32,000 nt of DNA from positions 1,890,001-1,922,000 of the forward strand of contig NZ_JAGIOS010000001.1 in the NCBI RefSeq assembly GCF_017876815.1, given 5' to 3'. The number at the start of each line of letters is the position of its first letter. Within the stretch, counting starts at the first letter, position 1. The position numbers were made by a program, and so were the translations under genes. Shown in pieces: positions 28,789-32,000 of this stretch. This stretch comes from Sinorhizobium meliloti. Lineage in GTDB: Bacteria; Pseudomonadota; Alphaproteobacteria; Rhizobiales; Rhizobiaceae. Under the pieces are notes generated by a model, which was not told the DNA's origin, ran no database searches, and was given only the letters and a program-made list of their open reading frames with translations.

Positions 28789-30330
28789 GTGACATCCCAT
28801 ATTCTTGTCATCGACGACGATCCGGTGCAGCGGCGGCTGCTGACGAACATGATCGAGCGGCTGGGCCATGTCGCGCATCTCGCCGACAACGGGCGCAGCG
28901 GGCTCGAACTCCTGCAGCGCAAAGGCGGCATCATCAACGTCATCCTGCTCGATCTTCTGATGCCGGAAATGAACGGGCACGGCCTTCTCGAGGCGCTCGC
29001 CGAGCGTGGCATCGACATCCCGGTCATCGTCCAGACAGGGCAGGGCGGCATCGAGACGGTGGTCCAGGCGATGCAGGCCGGCGCCTTCGATTTCCTCGTC
29101 AAGCCGGTTTCGCCGGAGCGGCTGTCGATCGCCTTGGGCAACGCGCTGAAGATGGCGAGTCGTGACGGCAAGGTCAAAACCGCGCGGCGTCCGCGTGGCG
29201 GGGCCGTCGGTTTCGACGATATAGTCTCGGCGAGCCCGGCGATGATCCGCGTCATCGATCTCGCGCGCCGCGCTGCTCAGTCGAACATCCCGATCGTGCT
29301 CGAGGGCGAGTCGGGCGTCGGCAAGGAAATGGTGGCCCGCGCCATCCAGGCGGCGAGCGACCGGGCGGCGAAGCCTTTCGTCACCGTCAATTGCGGCGCG
29401 ATCCCCCACAATCTCGTCGAGAGCATTCTCTTCGGCCATGAGAAGGGAGCGTTTACGGGCGCGAGCGAAAAGCACAGCGGCAAGTTCGTCGATGCCGACG
29501 GCGGGACCCTCTTTCTCGACGAAATCGGCGATCTTCCGCTCGACGTACAGGTCAAGCTGCTGCGCGCCGTCCAGCAGGGCGAGATCGAGACGATCGGGGC
29601 GCGTCAGCCGCAGAAGGTGAATGTGCGCCTCATCTCGGCCACCAATAAGGACCTTATCACCGAGGTTCGCGAGGGCCGGTTCCGCGAAGATCTCTACTAT
29701 CGGCTGAACGTCTTCCCGATCACCATTCCGGCGCTGCGCCGGCGCAAGGAGGATATCCCCGTTCTGGTACGCGCCTTCGTCGAGCGCTTCTCCGCCGAGC
29801 AGAGACTCGATCAGCGGCTGACGGTATCGAGCGGTGCCATGGCGCTGCTGACGTCCTATGACTGGCCGGGCAATATCCGCCAGCTCGAAAACGCGATCTT
29901 CCGCGCCGTCGTGCTTGCTGACGGCCACGAACTCACGGTCAGGGATTTTCCGCAGGTCGCCACCCAGATACCGGGCTACATCGTTGCCGACCGCTCCGGT
30001 CTCTCCTGGGGGGAAGCCGGCCCGGAACGTCGTCCCGCCTCCGGTCAGCTCGCCGCCGCCCAGGCCGATGCCGGCGCGCGGGAACAACCGGCGCATTCCG
30101 AGCAGACCCCGGAAGGCCGTCTGGAGAACGCCATCGCCAGCCTCAGCGAAGGCGGCGAGGTCAGGAAGCTCGCCGAGGTCGAGGAGGAACTGATTCGGTT
30201 TGCCCTGAAATTCTACCGCGGCCAGATGAGCCAAGTGGCGCGCAAATTGGGAATCGGGCGCTCGACTCTCTATCGCAAACTCAAGGATTACGGCATCGAT
30301 CCCGACAATCCCCTGCGTGAAGCGGCATAA
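28789..30330 (+). CDS. tacA: Sigma-54-dependent response regulator (REC + AAA+ enhancer-binding domain + Fis-type HTH), TacA-like
   Basis: REC: 'ILVIDDD', 'VILLDLLMPEMNG', 'FDFLVKP'. AAA+: Walker A 'GESGVGKE', 'GAFTGA', Walker B 'LFLDEIGD'. HTH: 'QVARKLGIGRSTLYRKLK'. GTG 28789 is preceded by SD 'caggagg' with a 5-nt spacer. The symbol comes from my recollection of the S. meliloti annotation and resemblance to Caulobacter TacA; unverified. Confidence 0.88.
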   Translation: MTSHILVIDDDPVQRRLLTNMIERLGHVAHLADNGRSGLELLQRKGGIINVILLDLLMPEMNGHGLLEALAERGIDIPVIVQTGQGGIETVVQAMQAGAFDFLVKPVSPERLSIALGNALKMASRDGKVKTARRPRGGAVGFDDIVSASPAMIRVIDLARRAAQSNIPIVLEGESGVGKEMVARAIQAASDRAAKPFVTVNCGAIPHNLVESILFGHEKGAFTGASEKHSGKFVDADGGTLFLDEIGDLPLDVQVKLLRAVQQGEIETIGARQPQKVNVRLISATNKDLITEVREGRFREDLYYRLNVFPITIPALRRRKEDIPVLVRAFVERFSAEQRLDQRLTVSSGAMALLTSYDWPGNIRQLENAIFRAVVLADGHELTVRDFPQVATQIPGYIVADRSGLSWGEAGPERRPASGQLAAAQADAGAREQPAHSEQTPEGRLENAIASLSEGGEVRKLAEVEEELIRFALKFYRGQMSQVARKLGIGRSTLYRKLKDYGIDPDNPLREAA

Positions 30331-30366
30331 AATCGACGCATTCACACCTCATTTGCCGTGCAAATC

Positions 30367-30426
30367 GTTCACCGCCGTTTAGACCTTGTTAGCAAACTGT
30401 TCACTATATTATAAGGGGCGGTGAAC
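30367..30426. promoter_or_regulatory. 10-bp inverted repeat with a third GTTCAC copy between the TacA-like and DUF882 genes
   Basis: 'gttcaccgcc' (30367-30376) and 'ggcggtgaac' (30417-30426), plus 'gttcac' at 30399-30404. Confidence 0.35.
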
Positions 30427-30510
30427 ACTGTGGCATAATTGCCATGCTGTCACCTTATTTGACAGTCATCTGAGACAGCAAAGCACGGTTGTCCGTCGGA
30501 CGGGGATTGA

Positions 30511-32000
30511 ATGCCAAATTTGTTCGGTTTGGAGGAACCAGTCGGTTCCTTTGCGCGCAGACTCTGCTCGGCGGTCGCTCGAAAGGCGCCCCAGGTCCTG
30601 GCGTCCATCGCGCTGGTTTGCTCCCTTGTCACACCCGGCATGGCGCCTCCGGTCGAGGCCGCCGGCCAGACACGCACCCTCAAGCTCTATTTCATCCACA
30701 CCAAGGAAAAGGCGCAGATCACCTACAAGCGCAACGGTCGCTACGATCAGAAGGGTCTGCAGCAGATCAATCGCTTCCTGCGCGACTGGCGGCGAAACGA
30801 GCCGACCAAAATGGACCCGCGCCTGCTCGATCTCGTCTGGGAAGTTTACCAGAAGAGCGGTTCTCGCGACTACATCCATGTCGTTTCCGCCTATCGCTCC
30901 CCCGCCACGAACGGCATGCTGAGGTCGCGGTCGAAGGGCGTCGCGAAGAAGAGCCAGCACATGCTCGGCAAGGCGATGGACTTCTATATACCGGACGTGA
31001 AGCTCAAGACGCTGCGCGAGGTCGGCATGAAGTTCCAGGTGGGCGGCGTCGGCTATTATCCGACTTCCGGTTCGCCCTTCGTCCATATGGACGTCGGTGG
31101 CGTGCGAGCCTGGCCGCGCATGACGCGCAACGAACTCGCGCGGCTCTTCCCGGACGGCAAGACCATGCATATTCCCTCCGACGGCAGGCCGCTGCCGGGC
31201 TATGAGCAGGCGGTGGCCGATTACAAGCGCCGCGTCGGCGCATCGGCGATCGAGGTCGCAGGCGGCGGCGCCAAGGGTCCGGGCGATACCGGCAAGCGCC
31301 GCAACCTGTTCGCTGCGCTCTTCGGCGGAGGCGGCGACGAGGATGAAGAACCCGCGGCAATCGCTGCCGGCGGCGCCGAAGAGGAAGCTCCGGCCAAGGT
31401 TCAGACCGCATCCGCGCCGGCGGCCCGGGATGCGCTTCCCGGCGTTGCCGGTTCCACCGCGGCGCCTGCCGAACAGGATATCAACGCACCGGTGCCGGCC
31501 GTGCGACCGGCATTCAAGGAAACCCCGGCTGATGGCGGCGTAGCGGTTGCACTCGTCGCGCCGGAGAAGAACAGTGCCCAGGAGGCGCTGGCAGCCGCCA
31601 TGCAGCCGACGACGGCCGTGCCTTCGGAATTCGCGGATCTGAGCGCGCTCAAGGTTCCGGTTCCGCAAATGCTCGACCGTCGCGACATGAACGCTCTGAT
31701 CGCCAACGAGACGCTCGTCGCCTCCGCCGACGGCCAGGCTCAGGAGTTCGGCTTCGTGCCGGTGCCTGGAATGCGTCCGGCCGGCGAAGAGGCACTCGCG
31801 GCCGTGGCTCACGCCGAGGTCACTATTCCCGCTTCCGCGGATCGGCCTGCGCTCGCTTCCGCGGCACAGCCGCCGGCAGCCGGCACACGCGTGGCCCTCG
31901 CCGCGCCGACCAGCGAGGATCGGACGCCTGCATTTTCTCCGGCGATCGAGGTCGCCGCCTATGCGCCGCAGCCGGGTTCCGCTTCACGTGAGGCGATCTT
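30511..32000 (+). CDS. DUF882 / peptidase M15A (YcbK/MepK-like) cell-wall endopeptidase with a long low-complexity C-terminal extension; 3'-partial, runs off the window
   Basis: This ORF is not in the supplied track. My own translation of frame 1 from ATG 30511 (in-frame TGA at 30508-30510) gives: 'MPNLFGLEEPVGSFARRLCSAVARKAPQVLASIALVCSLVTPGMAPPVEAAGQTRTLKLYFIHTKEKAQITYKRNGRYDQKGLQQINRFLRDWRRNEPTKMDPRLLDLVWEVYQKSGSRDYIHVVSAYRSPATNGMLRSRSKGVAKKSQHMLGKAMDFYIPDV...GYYPTSGSPFVHMDVGGVRAWPRM...'. There is no stop through nt 32000. Zn ligands 'SQHMLGKAMD' (H-x6-D) and 'VHMD'. The track ORFs 30489..31205(+) and 30466..31812(-) are wrong-frame shadows. Confidence 0.9.
   Translation, partial: MPNLFGLEEPVGSFARRLCSAVARKAPQVLASIALVCSLVTPGMAPPVEAAGQTRTLKLYFIHTKEKAQITYKRNGRYDQKGLQQINRFLRDWRRNEPTKMDPRLLDLVWEVYQKSGSRDYIHVVSAYRSPATNGMLRSRSKGVAKKSQHMLGKAMDFYIPDVKLKTLREVGMKFQVGGVGYYPTSGSPFVHMDVGGVRAWPRMTRNELARLFPDGKTMHIPSDGRPLPGYEQAVADYKRRVGASAIEVAGGGAKGPGDTGKRRNLFAALFGGGGDEDEEPAAIAAGGAEEEAPAKVQTASAPAARDALPGVAGSTAAPAEQDINAPVPAVRPAFKETPADGGVAVALVAPEKNSAQEALAAAMQPTTAVPSEFADLSALKVPVPQMLDRRDMNALIANETLVASADGQAQEFGFVPVPGMRPAGEEALAAVAHAEVTIPASADRPALASAAQPPAAGTRVALAAPTSEDRTPAFSPAIEVAAYAPQPGSASREAI

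Noticed and set aside
30466-31812. Track ORFs 30489..31205(+), 30551..30922(+) and 30466..31812(-) covering the right end of the window.
   Set aside because: Frame 1 from 30511 encodes an unmistakable DUF882/M15A domain and stays open to nt 32000. The listed ORFs are alternative-frame shadows of it.

Overview
GC-rich window with strong GC3 bias. It reads as core alphaproteobacterial (Rhizobiaceae) chromosome. From memory, the gene order matches the Sinorhizobium/Ensifer meliloti region around gltBD (roughly SMc04032 to SMc04010); this needs a BLAST check. I support 22 protein genes:
- a 5'-partial LuxR solo followed by proline iminopeptidase
- a BASS-family transporter
- L-threonine aldolase
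- gltB and gltD
- a lytic murein transglycosylase followed by a DUF459/SGNH-fold protein
- galU
- an outer-membrane beta-barrel protein
- an SPFH/NfeD pair
- hemH
- a 5'-nucleotidase with a C-terminal LysM domain
- an Omp10-like lipoprotein
- homospermidine synthase
- a PAS-GGDEF diguanylate cyclase
- pepF, pabB and a short pabC
- a sigma-54-dependent response regulator (TacA-like)
- a 3'-partial DUF882/peptidase M15A gene. This last gene is absent from the supplied ORF track because it runs off the right edge (30511..>32000, frame 1).

I see no rRNA, tRNA, CRISPR array, transposase, integrase, phage genes or recognisable defence or toxin genes. The non-coding DNA carries a modular intergenic repeat family (three clear copies and one degenerate copy), a separate mosaic element with a perfect 32-bp inverted repeat, several intrinsic terminators, and a few statistically unlikely palindromes in promoter regions.

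I did not find a convincing novel multi-gene system, and the window looks like ordinary housekeeping and envelope DNA. The best leads are:
1. A plant-associated-type LuxR solo next to pip.
2. A lytic transglycosylase paired with an SGNH-fold protein that seems to lack the catalytic Ser and His.
3. An orphan TacA-like enhancer-binding protein next to an unusually long DUF882 endopeptidase.
4. The modular repeat family, including a deletion derivative that supplies a stop codon and inverted copies that bracket omp10.

The many long ORFs antisense to real genes are GC-bias artefacts.
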